Origin: a virus | Lineage: Duplodnaviria > Caudoviricetes | Strand: one strand, 5' to 3' | DNA length: 62,930 nucleotides | Virus record (IMG/VR): IMGVR_UViG_3300009164_000073 | Coordinates: 1-62,930 of that record | Shown: one piece after another, positions 25,488 through 34,436 of the stretch | Layout of the letters: each line of letters starts with the position of its first letter | Numbering within the stretch: position 1 is the first letter of the stretch | The notes under the pieces: generated by a model | What the model was told of the DNA's origin: nothing | The model's database searches: none | The model's input: the letters and a program-made list of their open reading frames with translations, nothing else | Translations under genes and position numbers: made by a program

Positions 25488-26463
25488 TTTTTATCTTTGG
25501 TATTTTTGAGTCTGCCGAGCTCACACAGCTAGGAGTGATACAGAGCTGCGGGGCCTTGAATAACTCAAAGTTTTCCAAAGTTCCTAATGGTTGGTCGTGA
25601 CAGCTATATGACCGTTTAACTTCGTTACCTCTTATTATAACACTTTGAAAGCCACTATTGCAACTCCAATCTTTAAACTTATTAAATCCAAAAGCATTAA
25701 ATCTTTCTGCCTGGTCAAACAGATGTTCTTGGTTATCTATATCATATAACGCAATCTGATAAACTTCCTCACCGTTAGAACGTTGTGGAAACCCAGTCTG
25801 CATCTTGTTGATCATATCTTCAGTATACCCATCGACTACCGTGCTGGCGGTAGGATCACTCTGTGGTTTGAGTGTTACATTAATTCCACGCTGATGGAAC
25901 CTTTCCATACGAGCATACAGCTCGTCAAACTTCTCAGGCACCATTACTTGATTGATTGTAACGTGTACTAGCTCGTACTGTAACTGTAAACACTTGTCGC
26001 CAAACTCTTGCTCCCTAGCAAACTCATCGTGAAAGCTGGCTGTGATACTTCTTCGCTGTAACAGAGCTGTGGCATCACACCACGATTTCCACCATTTTGA
26101 GCCCGGGGATAAATTGGTAGTCATATGAATACTTTGATACCTAGATTCTTTTTCATCTAGGTGCCTAATTAATTCAATTAAATCTTTGTAGGCTGTAGGT
26201 TCGCCACCACTGAAGCTCCAATGGAATTCTGTAAATCCGTTTTCACGAGCCTGTCTTTTGATTTGATCTACTGTTCTTTTGTAGACCACTAACGACTGGT
26301 GGTCAACTTTGTCACTGCGAGCATAGGGCCAACAGTAGGAGCAGTTGTAGTTACAGAAGCGACCTAATATCCAACTTATAGAAAAACGAGGATTGTCTAG
26401 CATAGTACGTTGACCAAAACGCACAATATGTTCAAATGGTATTGTTTGAAAATTGGTTATCAT
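25480..26463 (-). CDS. radical SAM protein
   Basis: CNYNCSYC, SGGEP, TTN; C-terminal C..G...C...C...C. Confidence 0.9.
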   Translation of the reverse strand: MITNFQTIPFEHIVRFGQRTMLDNPRFSISWILGRFCNYNCSYCWPYARSDKVDHQSLVVYKRTVDQIKRQARENGFTEFHWSFSGGEPTAYKDLIELIRHLDEKESRYQSIHMTTNLSPGSKWWKSWCDATALLQRRSITASFHDEFAREQEFGDKCLQLQYELVHVTINQVMVPEKFDELYARMERFHQRGINVTLKPQSDPTASTVVDGYTEDMINKMQTGFPQRSNGEEVYQIALYDIDNQEHLFDQAERFNAFGFNKFKDWSCNSGFQSVIIRGNEVKRSYSCHDQPLGTLENFELFKAPQLCITPSCVSSADSKIPKIKNV

Positions 26464-26491
26464 AAAGTGCTAATATTTAACCTATATGGGG

Positions 26492-26520
26492 TTGTATTCC
26501 TACAAACAAGAGTATATACT
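26492..26520 (+). promoter_or_regulatory. sigma70-type promoter for the tRNA-like RNA
   Basis: TTGTAT-17-TATACT, 6 nt upstream of the RNA 5' end. Confidence 0.6.
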
Positions 26521-26526
26521 ATACTT

Positions 26527-26638
26527 GTGGTCGTTAGTGGAATACGGTAGACCTCCGGCTCGTTGGGAAACGATGCTTGGGAATTGGGCAACGTCCTAGA
26601 CAACGCCTTTGCAGGTTCGAATCCTGCCGACCACACCA
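26527..26638 (+). ncRNA. tRNA-like RNA (112 nt) lacking a canonical anticodon arm
   Basis: Perfect acceptor GTGGTCG/CGACCAC + A + CCA; Leu-type D-loop GGAATACGGTAGAC; perfect T-arm GCAGG-TTCGAAT-CCTGC; centre has two hairpins and no 7-nt U33 loop. Confidence 0.75.
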
Positions 26639-26681
26639 ATTACTATCATAAGTAAAGACACATAACCTAAGGAAAACAATT

Positions 26682-26870
26682 ATGTCAACAGTAGAACAAT
26701 TAAAAGCAGACTTCGAAACATTCTTATCAGAGGACGCAAAATTCACAGCAGGTAATGGTGCCGCTGGTACCCGTGCTCGTAAGGCATTGCAAGAAGTTGC
26801 CAAAGGTGTTAAGGCTCGCCGCAATGAAATTACAGAAGAAAAGAACGCTCGTAAAGAAGCCAAGGCCTAA
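26682..26870 (+). CDS. histone H1-like (Hc1 family) protein
   Basis: GN.AAGTRARKAL.E.AK..K..R pattern; AAGGA RBS. Confidence 0.75.
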   Translation: MSTVEQLKADFETFLSEDAKFTAGNGAAGTRARKALQEVAKGVKARRNEITEEKNARKEAKA

Positions 26871-26871
26871 C

Positions 26872-27276
26872 GTGTCATACACTACTACCGGCAATGTAAC
26901 AATCCCTATGGGAGGTACAATAGGTAGCGGTTCTGGTACCACATACACCATCAACACCGGAGCAGGAATCGGTGGAGGTGGTGGCGGTGCCGGTCAAGTT
27001 TTTACTACTACTGGCACAGGATATCAATGGGCACAACCACTCATTAATAATAACGGTTCTAGTATACAGGTAAAAGGTGATGCAGAATTTGACGGCAATG
27101 TTAAAATCAAAGGCCACGATATTGTTAAGCTATTAGAAAAAATGGAAGACCGGTTAGCCATACTAATGGAACCAGATCCGAAGAAGTTAGAAAAATTTCA
27201 GGCACTTAAAAAGGCCTACGACAACTATAAGTTAATGGAGAAACTCTGCATTGACGAAAACGAAGGTAGTAAATAA
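26872..27276 (+). CDS. hypothetical protein, Gly/Thr-rich N-terminus
   Basis: GTG start right after the Hc1 stop; C-terminal EDRLAIL.PD..KLEKF.ALKKAY. Confidence 0.6.
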   Translation: MSYTTTGNVTIPMGGTIGSGSGTTYTINTGAGIGGGGGGAGQVFTTTGTGYQWAQPLINNNGSSIQVKGDAEFDGNVKIKGHDIVKLLEKMEDRLAILMEPDPKKLEKFQALKKAYDNYKLMEKLCIDENEGSK

Positions 27277-27965
27277 TGAATGTTAAATTGTTATCGTACT
27301 CAAAGCCGTCCGATGAATTCTCAGATATGGGTATTGGAGACGCACAGGAACTCATTGCCTATTGCGCCCGTGTCAGCAATCCAAGCAACCAACTCAACAC
27401 AGAGACGTCTGACAAACTCATCCGATACTTGGTCAAACACCAACACTGGTCACCACTTGAAATGGTCTCCGCCTGTATCGAAATTACCACAACAAGAGAT
27501 ATTGCACGACAGATCCTTAGACATCGCAGTTTCAGCTTCCAAGAATTCAGTCAGCGATATGCTGACCCTACTCAAGACCTGTCGTTTGTACTGCGAGAAG
27601 CACGACTCCAAGACCCAAAAAACAGACAAAACTCAGTCTCTTTGGAACCAACGATTGGCAATGCAATGCTACAAGACCAATGGAGAGACAAACAGCTTGA
27701 ACTCATCAAGCTCGCAAAAGAAACATACGAATGGGCTGTCGGTAAAGGCATAGCTAAGGAACAGGCCCGAGCTGTTTTACCAGAAGGTAATACAGTTAGT
27801 AAACTTTATATGAATGGTACACTACGCTCTTGGGTACACTTCATACAACTGCGTTCAGCCAATGGCACACAACTTGAACATCAAGAAGTTGCCAAGGCCT
27901 GTGCAACTGTCATTGCAACTGTGTTTCCAATGACAACAGAATTTATTTCAGATCAAGGAGAATAA
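27276..27965 (+). CDS. thyX: flavin-dependent thymidylate synthase
   Basis: H.SPLE, RQILRHRSFSFQEFSQRY, EQARAVLP. Confidence 0.95.
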   Translation: MNVKLLSYSKPSDEFSDMGIGDAQELIAYCARVSNPSNQLNTETSDKLIRYLVKHQHWSPLEMVSACIEITTTRDIARQILRHRSFSFQEFSQRYADPTQDLSFVLREARLQDPKNRQNSVSLEPTIGNAMLQDQWRDKQLELIKLAKETYEWAVGKGIAKEQARAVLPEGNTVSKLYMNGTLRSWVHFIQLRSANGTQLEHQEVAKACATVIATVFPMTTEFISDQGE

Positions 27966-27966
27966 T

Positions 27967-28662
27967 ATGTTTGGTGCAAATTATACAGATGGCGGAATTC
28001 TAAGCTATCGTTCAGCAGAAGAAATTAACAGTGCTATGGGCCGTGTCTACGGACATATGAGTCTTGCTGTTATTGTTTCAATGTTAGTTAGTTACTTTGT
28101 AGGCACAAGTCCAGAGCTACTACAATTCTTTTTTACAGGTGTACTAAAGTGGATTGTGATCTTTGCTCCGCTCGCGGCAATCTTCGGTGTCAGTTATGTG
28201 CTAGGCAACAATCCTAGTAAGGGTGTTGCTCAATTATGCTTACACGGATTTGCGGCTCTAATGGGATTGAGCTTTGCCACAATCTTTGCCATATTCACTA
28301 TGGGATCAATTGTGTCAGCCTTTATGGGTGCAGCAATCTTGTTCGGTACTATGAGCTTCTATGGTTACTTTACTAAACGCAGTCTAGAAAGCCTAGGACA
28401 GTTTATGTTCATTGGATTGATTGCCATTGTTATTGCCAGTATTGTTAATATCTTTATTGGATCTAGTGTAATGGCTATGGTTATTTCAGCGTTGGCTATC
28501 ATTATCTTCCTAGGACTGACTGCCTATGACACACAACAGATCCGTGAAATGGTCAGTGTAGATACCAGTGATGCTGCAGAAGTATCGGGTGCATTAACAT
28601 TGTATATGGACTTTATTAACCTATTCATTAATCTACTGCAACTGTTTGGGGATCGCAAGTAA
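27967..28662 (+). CDS. Bax inhibitor-1/YccA family membrane protein
   Basis: About 7 TM segments; TAYDTQ.I and ALTLYMDFINLF. Confidence 0.9.
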   Translation: MFGANYTDGGILSYRSAEEINSAMGRVYGHMSLAVIVSMLVSYFVGTSPELLQFFFTGVLKWIVIFAPLAAIFGVSYVLGNNPSKGVAQLCLHGFAALMGLSFATIFAIFTMGSIVSAFMGAAILFGTMSFYGYFTKRSLESLGQFMFIGLIAIVIASIVNIFIGSSVMAMVISALAIIIFLGLTAYDTQQIREMVSVDTSDAAEVSGALTLYMDFINLFINLLQLFGDRK

Positions 28663-29045
28663 TGTCCGAAGGTCTTGAAAAATTTTGCAAGAACTACGAA
28701 GTTCGGGTACTGAATGATCAAAAACGTAGAGCACGATACCATCCTGCAAGGTTCTTCACAGACCCGTTCCGTGCAGATATTATTCGTAACGATGTAGTTG
28801 AGTACGAAACCGAAAAGGTCTATACAGTAGAAATACCCGAAGGCAGACTACGGACATTGGTAGAAATGGAACGCAAGTTCTTCAATTATGTTTCTCATCA
28901 CGATCAACCAGTAGACCTATTCCAAACCCTGATGGAAAAAGAGCGAGAAGAAGCTCACTATAGAAATACCAATCAGGCAGTCCAAAAAGCCTATGAGCAG
29001 TACAGCATTATGCTTAATTTGGCAGGGTACCAAAGAAAATTTTAA
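28662..29045 (+). CDS. hypothetical protein
   Basis: Translationally coupled ORF (TAATG). Confidence 0.7.
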   Translation: MSEGLEKFCKNYEVRVLNDQKRRARYHPARFFTDPFRADIIRNDVVEYETEKVYTVEIPEGRLRTLVEMERKFFNYVSHHDQPVDLFQTLMEKEREEAHYRNTNQAVQKAYEQYSIMLNLAGYQRKF

Positions 29046-29066
29046 ACGATTCAAAAAAGAATCATA

Positions 29067-29095
29067 TTGACAGGTTTCTAGAAAGATAGTATAAT
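29067..29095 (+). promoter_or_regulatory. sigma70 promoter
   Basis: TTGACA-17-TATAAT. Confidence 0.85.
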
Positions 29096-29130
29096 TAAAT
29101 TGTTCAGCAGAATAATCTTAAGGAATAAAA

Positions 29131-29961
29131 ATGCGCAGTCATTATTGGACTTGTTCGAAATTTGCAGATTGGCTACGTGGTACCACGAAGCTGAAGTGCG
29201 GCACCAGCGAAGAATGGCACGAATGGGAAGATCGAGCCAAGGCCTCCCACCCTGTTCGTTGGTGGATTGCCGAAGAAGGTTTAGATCACCTTCAAAAATT
29301 TGTTTATTATATTCCGGACAAACTAAATGACATACGCTATTATATTAATAATCGTTGGGTTTCTCGCAGTCATAGTCTTACCGCACATCCTCGAGACATC
29401 AAACCTGGTGATTGGAGTGATGTCGGCAATCGCTTTTTGCCTTGCTTGTTCAATGAGCTTGTGGATTTTGTTGAAATAGAGCAGGCCTGGCACCACTGTA
29501 TGTGGAGTGACGAAGCCAAGACTGAATTCGAAGTGCCTTGGTGGCGCAGTGGTTGGCTACGTTTACGCACTTGGCGAAGTCCAGAAGCAGGTATGCAATA
29601 CCTCAAATGGGCAAGTGGTCTGACTAATGCAGAATTCTTAGACGAGGATAAGAAGCACGAAGCAGTACCAACTTATCAAGCTAAAGCTGCTAAAGAAATT
29701 ATCGAGCTTTATACTTGGTGGACTGTTACCTATCGTAATCGCCCAGACCCATACGAAGCAAGTGGTTGGAGTGCGGCCTGCGAAGCAAGTCGTATTGCCA
29801 ACGGTGGCCGACTAAGTTTCAGCGGTGAGAAAGATCCAGTGCTTAAAAAGGCCAGCGACAAGGCGCATAAGCTACTTCAGAAGATGGAAAAAGATTATGC
29901 AGACGAAGAAGAAAAGATGATGATTCGTCTTATTAAGATCCGTGAGAGCCTATGGACCTAA
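29131..29961 (+). CDS. hypothetical Trp-rich phage protein
   Basis: 276-aa ORF with AAGGA RBS. Confidence 0.75.
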   Translation: MRSHYWTCSKFADWLRGTTKLKCGTSEEWHEWEDRAKASHPVRWWIAEEGLDHLQKFVYYIPDKLNDIRYYINNRWVSRSHSLTAHPRDIKPGDWSDVGNRFLPCLFNELVDFVEIEQAWHHCMWSDEAKTEFEVPWWRSGWLRLRTWRSPEAGMQYLKWASGLTNAEFLDEDKKHEAVPTYQAKAAKEIIELYTWWTVTYRNRPDPYEASGWSAACEASRIANGGRLSFSGEKDPVLKKASDKAHKLLQKMEKDYADEEEKMMIRLIKIRESLWT

Positions 29962-30131
29962 CTCCAGAAAAGCAGTCCGAATTCCGCTTGTGGGTGCATC
30001 AACTTTGGATAGAAAATATCGAAGAGCACTTGACATACGGCGAAGAACCGTATAAAATAAACGAATACTGGAACAAATATAAGTACTGGCTTAAAAGAGA
30101 ATATAAACATCAAAAGGCAAATAATGACTGA
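29952..30131 (+). CDS. small hypothetical protein (59 aa)
   Basis: MDLTPEKQSEFRLWV... fills the gap between neighbours; contains an internal TTGACA-17-TAAAAT promoter (30030-30058). Confidence 0.55.
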   Translation: MDLTPEKQSEFRLWVHQLWIENIEEHLTYGEEPYKINEYWNKYKYWLKREYKHQKANND

Positions 30132-30345
30132 CGACAAACTTCAAAGGTTGTACAATAACTATCTAGAATTTACAGACCATATGTGTGTAGAGCATTCACC
30201 GATGGAAGTTGCAGCCATTATGATGACACAGGCGTTGAGCCTTTATCGTTCTTCTTTAAACGAAGATGAATACAACAATATGGTCGATATGATCTCTGCG
30301 AGCCGTTCCCAAGTTAAAACTTTTGACAAGCCAGTAATACAATGA
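30124..30345 (+). CDS. hypothetical protein
   Basis: ORF in tightly packed operon. Confidence 0.65.
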   Translation: MTDDKLQRLYNNYLEFTDHMCVEHSPMEVAAIMMTQALSLYRSSLNEDEYNNMVDMISASRSQVKTFDKPVIQ

Positions 30346-30719
30346 AAACACAAATTCCAGCAGAAGGTATTATGAAAACAAACGACTGGGGAGACAGTAG
30401 AGTCTACCGAATCGCTTGTAACTGCGGCGACGAAAATCACAACCATAATATGTGGGTGGAGGCAGATGACCACGACATTCAGGTAACCATTTATACTACA
30501 GGCAAAACAAATTGGTGGAGTAAAACACGTTGGCATCATATTTGGACATTGTTAACTAAAGGTTATATTGATACCGAATCAAGTGTACACTTGACTAAAC
30601 AACAAGCACTCAATTATGCAGACACGTTAAAGTCTGCTATAAAAGATGTTGAAACATTCCGCAGACCAAAAGAGAATTCTGCGATTATTAGAGAAGCAAA
30701 CGAACAAGACTGTGTATGA
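30342..30719 (+). CDS. hypothetical protein
   Basis: ATGA-coupled; CNC...H.H motif. Confidence 0.7.
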   Translation: MKTQIPAEGIMKTNDWGDSRVYRIACNCGDENHNHNMWVEADDHDIQVTIYTTGKTNWWSKTRWHHIWTLLTKGYIDTESSVHLTKQQALNYADTLKSAIKDVETFRRPKENSAIIREANEQDCV

Positions 30720-31252
30720 CCATTGTAAGTAAAAGTCCCCAACGACATTCCTTTCAGCTTGATGCTGCTAAGGAACGTGCAGTAGAAGATGGCCGGACTG
30801 AAATCCCAGAAATCTACGAACAACTGTTTAAGTCTGCCAAAGAGCAAGACGAAGCCAATCTCATAGATCCAGAGTGGCAGAAAGATAATATGGAATACGA
30901 TCTTCGCAGTAGCGAATGGATGTGTGCCAAAGTTCGAAGATCTGACACCTATGCACAAAATCTATATGCGGCTATGTGTAATATGCAGTTCCAAAAACTA
31001 GATGTTCTTCCTATTCTTAAAAATCAACGATGGAGTGCTAGTTGGCGACACGCCGGGGGCATTGTGGCAGATATGCAACAGAAGGGAGACTATATAGATT
31101 GGTACTGCTCTGGGATCGGAAACGAAGGATTAGGTAACGGAGATGTTAATGGAGATAAAGGATATGTTCCTGAAGGCCAGGTTACAGAAGAAATCCAAAT
31201 GGATCTAAAAGCATTGGGCTGGTTGCCTGTGGAGTGGGACGAAGAAGAATGA
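30716..31252 (+). CDS. hypothetical phage protein
   Basis: ATGA-coupled; YAQNLYAAMCN...SWR.AGG..AD...DY.DWYCSG. Confidence 0.75.
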   Translation: MTIVSKSPQRHSFQLDAAKERAVEDGRTEIPEIYEQLFKSAKEQDEANLIDPEWQKDNMEYDLRSSEWMCAKVRRSDTYAQNLYAAMCNMQFQKLDVLPILKNQRWSASWRHAGGIVADMQQKGDYIDWYCSGIGNEGLGNGDVNGDKGYVPEGQVTEEIQMDLKALGWLPVEWDEEE

Positions 31253-31449
31253 GCTATATGCTTTTTGAAGTTTGGTTGCTTGATGGTATTGGCCATCAAG
31301 AACTAGTAGATACTACGGCTAGCCAAAAAGAAGCCTTTGAATTAGCCCAAACTAGTCTAACTGAAGATTGGATTGAAGCTATCGTTTATCAAGAAAACGA
31401 GGAAGGCGACAGCATTGTTATCAAACGATTCCAAAATACAGCCACTTGA
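31249..31449 (+). CDS. hypothetical protein
   Basis: ATGA-coupled small ORF. Confidence 0.55.
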   Translation: MSYMLFEVWLLDGIGHQELVDTTASQKEAFELAQTSLTEDWIEAIVYQENEEGDSIVIKRFQNTAT

Positions 31450-31474
31450 CATCTGTCGAAAACGATGCTATAAT
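31446..31474 (+). promoter_or_regulatory. sigma70 promoter
   Basis: TTGACA-17-TATAAT with extended TG. Confidence 0.85.
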
Positions 31475-31507
31475 ATAAGTATTGTTTAATTAAGTATAGG
31501 AGCAACA

Positions 31508-32707
31508 ATGGCTACAAAGACAGCAACCAAAACTCGTGTAACTAAAAAGCAAGTTACAGCCCATCGTACTCGTGCAGTTAAAGATCACAGTCCTGTTTGG
31601 GAAGGTTGCGAAACTTGGGATGACAACACATTCCATCGCCACTTCAAACGCTCAATGGACTATTATCGTCTAGAATCTGAAATCAAAACTTATAAGCCAG
31701 TCGTAGTTCGTTGGATGGAGTCAGTTGGCTGTACCAAAGAAGACATTGCGGCTTTTAAGAAAGTCAAAGACAATCGTATTAGTACCACAATGGGTGCTGT
31801 TGCTGCCTGTTTGAATCGTGGTATGACTTCACAACGTCCTGGATTTAATAGTGGACGAGACACAGCAGCCTGGATGCGAACAGAGATCGTTAAAGTTCTT
31901 GCCGAAGGCAAAAACGATATTGACGAAGATGAAGCTAAAGCAATTGAAGCTGCAAAGCCAGCAGTTTACACTCCGTCAATTCAAGAGCGTGTTCGCGAAG
32001 CAAGTTTTAAAATGACAGAGGAGATTGAAGATGCCCTTGAATCGTTTGCACAAGATCCAGAGGCGTTTGATGCCAAACAGTTCAAACTGGTAAATCTACT
32101 TCGCGGCAAACAGGCCAAAGCCGCACACGCCCGTATTATTAAAGACCTTTATGTACGACAATATGACGAGTATCTTGAAGTTGCAGAAGGAAAAGACGAG
32201 CAACTAAAAGAAGGATACAGTCATTTAAGCAAAGCACAGTTAAAAAAGATCACGGCATTTTACAGTGAAATACTGTCAGCTTGCGATATGCTGGCACAAG
32301 AAGCTAAAATTAATCGTGCGCCACGTGCTAAGAAAGCAGTGCCAGCAGACAAGATTGTTAGCAAACTGAAATATCTAAAGAGCAATGAACAGTTGAAACT
32401 GGTATCTATCAATCCGACAGATATCGTTGGTGCTAAAGAGTTGTGGGTGTTTAACGTCAAGACCCGTAAAATTGGCAAGTATGTTGCTGACGAATACAAA
32501 GACCTCAGCGTTAAAGGTACTACGATCATTGGGTTTAACGAAACACTCAGTGTCCAAAAGACCCTGCGTAAGCCTGAAGAACAGCTTAAAGAGTTCAAAG
32601 CTGCTGGCAAGGTACAGTTACGTAAGTTCTTAGATGATATTAAAGCAGTAGATATCAAGCTCAACGGTCGTGTAAACGAAGAAACGATATTACTTAAAGT
32701 ACAATAA
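31508..32707 (+). CDS. conserved hypothetical protein (basic, helical)
   Basis: 399-aa ORF with GGAG RBS and its own early promoter. Confidence 0.8.
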   Translation: MATKTATKTRVTKKQVTAHRTRAVKDHSPVWEGCETWDDNTFHRHFKRSMDYYRLESEIKTYKPVVVRWMESVGCTKEDIAAFKKVKDNRISTTMGAVAACLNRGMTSQRPGFNSGRDTAAWMRTEIVKVLAEGKNDIDEDEAKAIEAAKPAVYTPSIQERVREASFKMTEEIEDALESFAQDPEAFDAKQFKLVNLLRGKQAKAAHARIIKDLYVRQYDEYLEVAEGKDEQLKEGYSHLSKAQLKKITAFYSEILSACDMLAQEAKINRAPRAKKAVPADKIVSKLKYLKSNEQLKLVSINPTDIVGAKELWVFNVKTRKIGKYVADEYKDLSVKGTTIIGFNETLSVQKTLRKPEEQLKEFKAAGKVQLRKFLDDIKAVDIKLNGRVNEETILLKVQ

Positions 32708-32725
32708 CATAGTAAATACTCAGTA

Positions 32726-32752
32726 GAAAAGCGGGCCTTGAGCCCGCTTTTC
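32726..32752. terminator. bidirectional intrinsic terminator
   Basis: GAAAAGCGGGC-CTTGA-GCCCGCTTTTC. Confidence 0.8.
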
Positions 32753-32793
32753 ATTTATTGATAAATACCTTACTAAGAGAGTATGGTAAAACT

Positions 32794-33618
32794 ATGACCA
32801 CTAAAGATAAAATCGATTCAATAACTAAAAATCTAAAAGAACTCCTGTCCAACAACGTAGGAACTACCGTTTCTAGCATTCAATTTGACGACGAGATCGT
32901 AGGCAAGGGGTTGAAATGGACTGGTAGCGGACACATCAAACAAATTGTGTATGTTGATAATCCTTCCAGATTTAGCTTTTCAGAAAGCATCGATATCGCT
33001 AAAAACAATAACCTAATGATCAACGGTGATATAGTATTATCTAGCACCGCTCTAGGCGACAATGTAAAACACAGTAATCTAACACAGCTGGGTATTTTAG
33101 AAGGACTGTTAATTGAAGGTTCAGTATCGATCAATCAACACGTTTATTTTAATGCTGAAACAAACAATCTAGGATTTGGAACAGACAATCCACGTGCTCA
33201 AATCAGCATCGTGAATAGCAGTCGTGAGACTGGTCTCGACGACAGCAAAGTAGGTACCTTTTCCAAGGACAGCTTTGATATTGTCACTGATAACATCTCA
33301 AGAATAACAGTCACTGACATAGGTGATATACAGTTTGGTAACATTAAACAGCCGTTATCGAAAGTGTCAATTCACGGGCAAGTGGCTATTAAAGTTACTA
33401 ACCCAGACCCAACTGTTGATCTACACGTTAACGGCGCTGTAAAATTCAGCGGACACTTACAGAAATATGCAGCACATCCGCCAACTTCTGGATACCATAA
33501 TGTTGGCGATATCACTTGGAACGAACAGCCAAGAATCGATTCCTATGTGGGGTGGATATGTATTACCGCAGGCGATCCCGGACGCTGGGAACCATTCGGT
33601 AAAATTGGAAATCAATAA
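32794..33618 (+). CDS. virion/tail-fibre-related protein
   Basis: LG.GT..P beta repeats; C-terminal GDI.WN..P....GW.C...G.PG.W; preceded by TAAATA. Confidence 0.65.
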   Translation: MTTKDKIDSITKNLKELLSNNVGTTVSSIQFDDEIVGKGLKWTGSGHIKQIVYVDNPSRFSFSESIDIAKNNNLMINGDIVLSSTALGDNVKHSNLTQLGILEGLLIEGSVSINQHVYFNAETNNLGFGTDNPRAQISIVNSSRETGLDDSKVGTFSKDSFDIVTDNISRITVTDIGDIQFGNIKQPLSKVSIHGQVAIKVTNPDPTVDLHVNGAVKFSGHLQKYAAHPPTSGYHNVGDITWNEQPRIDSYVGWICITAGDPGRWEPFGKIGNQ

Positions 33619-33620
33619 TT

Positions 33621-34436
33621 ATGACCAGTAAAGATAAAATAGATTCACTAGTTGAAGATCTCAAATCAGTTCTAGTACAGGGCTCAAATACGTTTGACGG
33701 TGACGTTGATGGTCAGGGACTACTATGGATACAACAAGATTATAACAAACAGTTTGTGTTTCATCGAAGTCCGGACAGATTCTTTTCATCAGAGAGCATA
33801 GACCTAGCCCGCGGCAAGGGTATTACTGTCGACGGAGTTCCGTTAATCAACGAGAAAGAACTAGGAACAACTATCACAAAAAGCAACCTAAAAGAGATTG
33901 GTAGATTACGAAAACTAGACGTTGATGGTCCTTTTAGTGTCAATCAATTTTTATTCTATGACCCTAACAGCGACCGATTAGGACTAGGAACAGATACTCC
34001 AAATGCAGCCTTTAGCATTTTCGATGAGGGTGTTGAGCTTGTATTAGGATCTAGAGAATACAACAAAGGTGGCATTGGTACTTTCAATCATACTCCACTT
34101 GAACTAGTTACTGATAACACTACAAGAATTACTATCACTGCTGGTGGTGACATCGAACTTGGTAATAAGAATTTTGATCAAATTAAAGTTTTAGTACGTG
34201 GATCAGTAAGCATCAACAATACCACCGTCGACCCTAGAGCAGATCTAGATGTTCAAGGTCCTGCAAAAATTAACGGAATATTACATCTTAAGAGTAACGA
34301 AGTACCTAAAACAGGTAACTTTAATCAAGGCGACATAGTCTGGAATAGTCAACCACGTTCGGGATCTAATATTGGTTGGGTCTGCACTAAATCTGGAGCG
34401 CCGGGCGTGTGGAACGCATTCGGTGACATCAAATAA
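33621..34436 (+). CDS. virion/tail-fibre-related protein (tandem paralog)
   Basis: Shares MT.KDKIDS N-terminus and GDIVWN...GWVC C-terminus with the upstream gene. Confidence 0.65.
   Translation: MTSKDKIDSLVEDLKSVLVQGSNTFDGDVDGQGLLWIQQDYNKQFVFHRSPDRFFSSESIDLARGKGITVDGVPLINEKELGTTITKSNLKEIGRLRKLDVDGPFSVNQFLFYDPNSDRLGLGTDTPNAAFSIFDEGVELVLGSREYNKGGIGTFNHTPLELVTDNTTRITITAGGDIELGNKNFDQIKVLVRGSVSINNTTVDPRADLDVQGPAKINGILHLKSNEVPKTGNFNQGDIVWNSQPRSGSNIGWVCTKSGAPGVWNAFGDIK

Noticed and set aside
9738-26463. RiPP biosynthetic cluster
   Set aside because: No precursor peptide, protease or exporter visible; the only small ORF found is DUF2061-like
14146-26463. QueE/MoaA/NrdG assignments for the radical SAM genes
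   Set aside because: Lengths and auxiliary Cys domains do not fit; only generic motifs are shared
26534-27117. Minus-strand ORFs and the 26755 start
   Set aside because: Antisense shadows of the tRNA-like RNA and Hc1 gene; GTG at 26872 preferred
27280-27753. 157-aa alternative-frame ORF inside thyX
   Set aside because: No RBS, no motifs; off-frame composition
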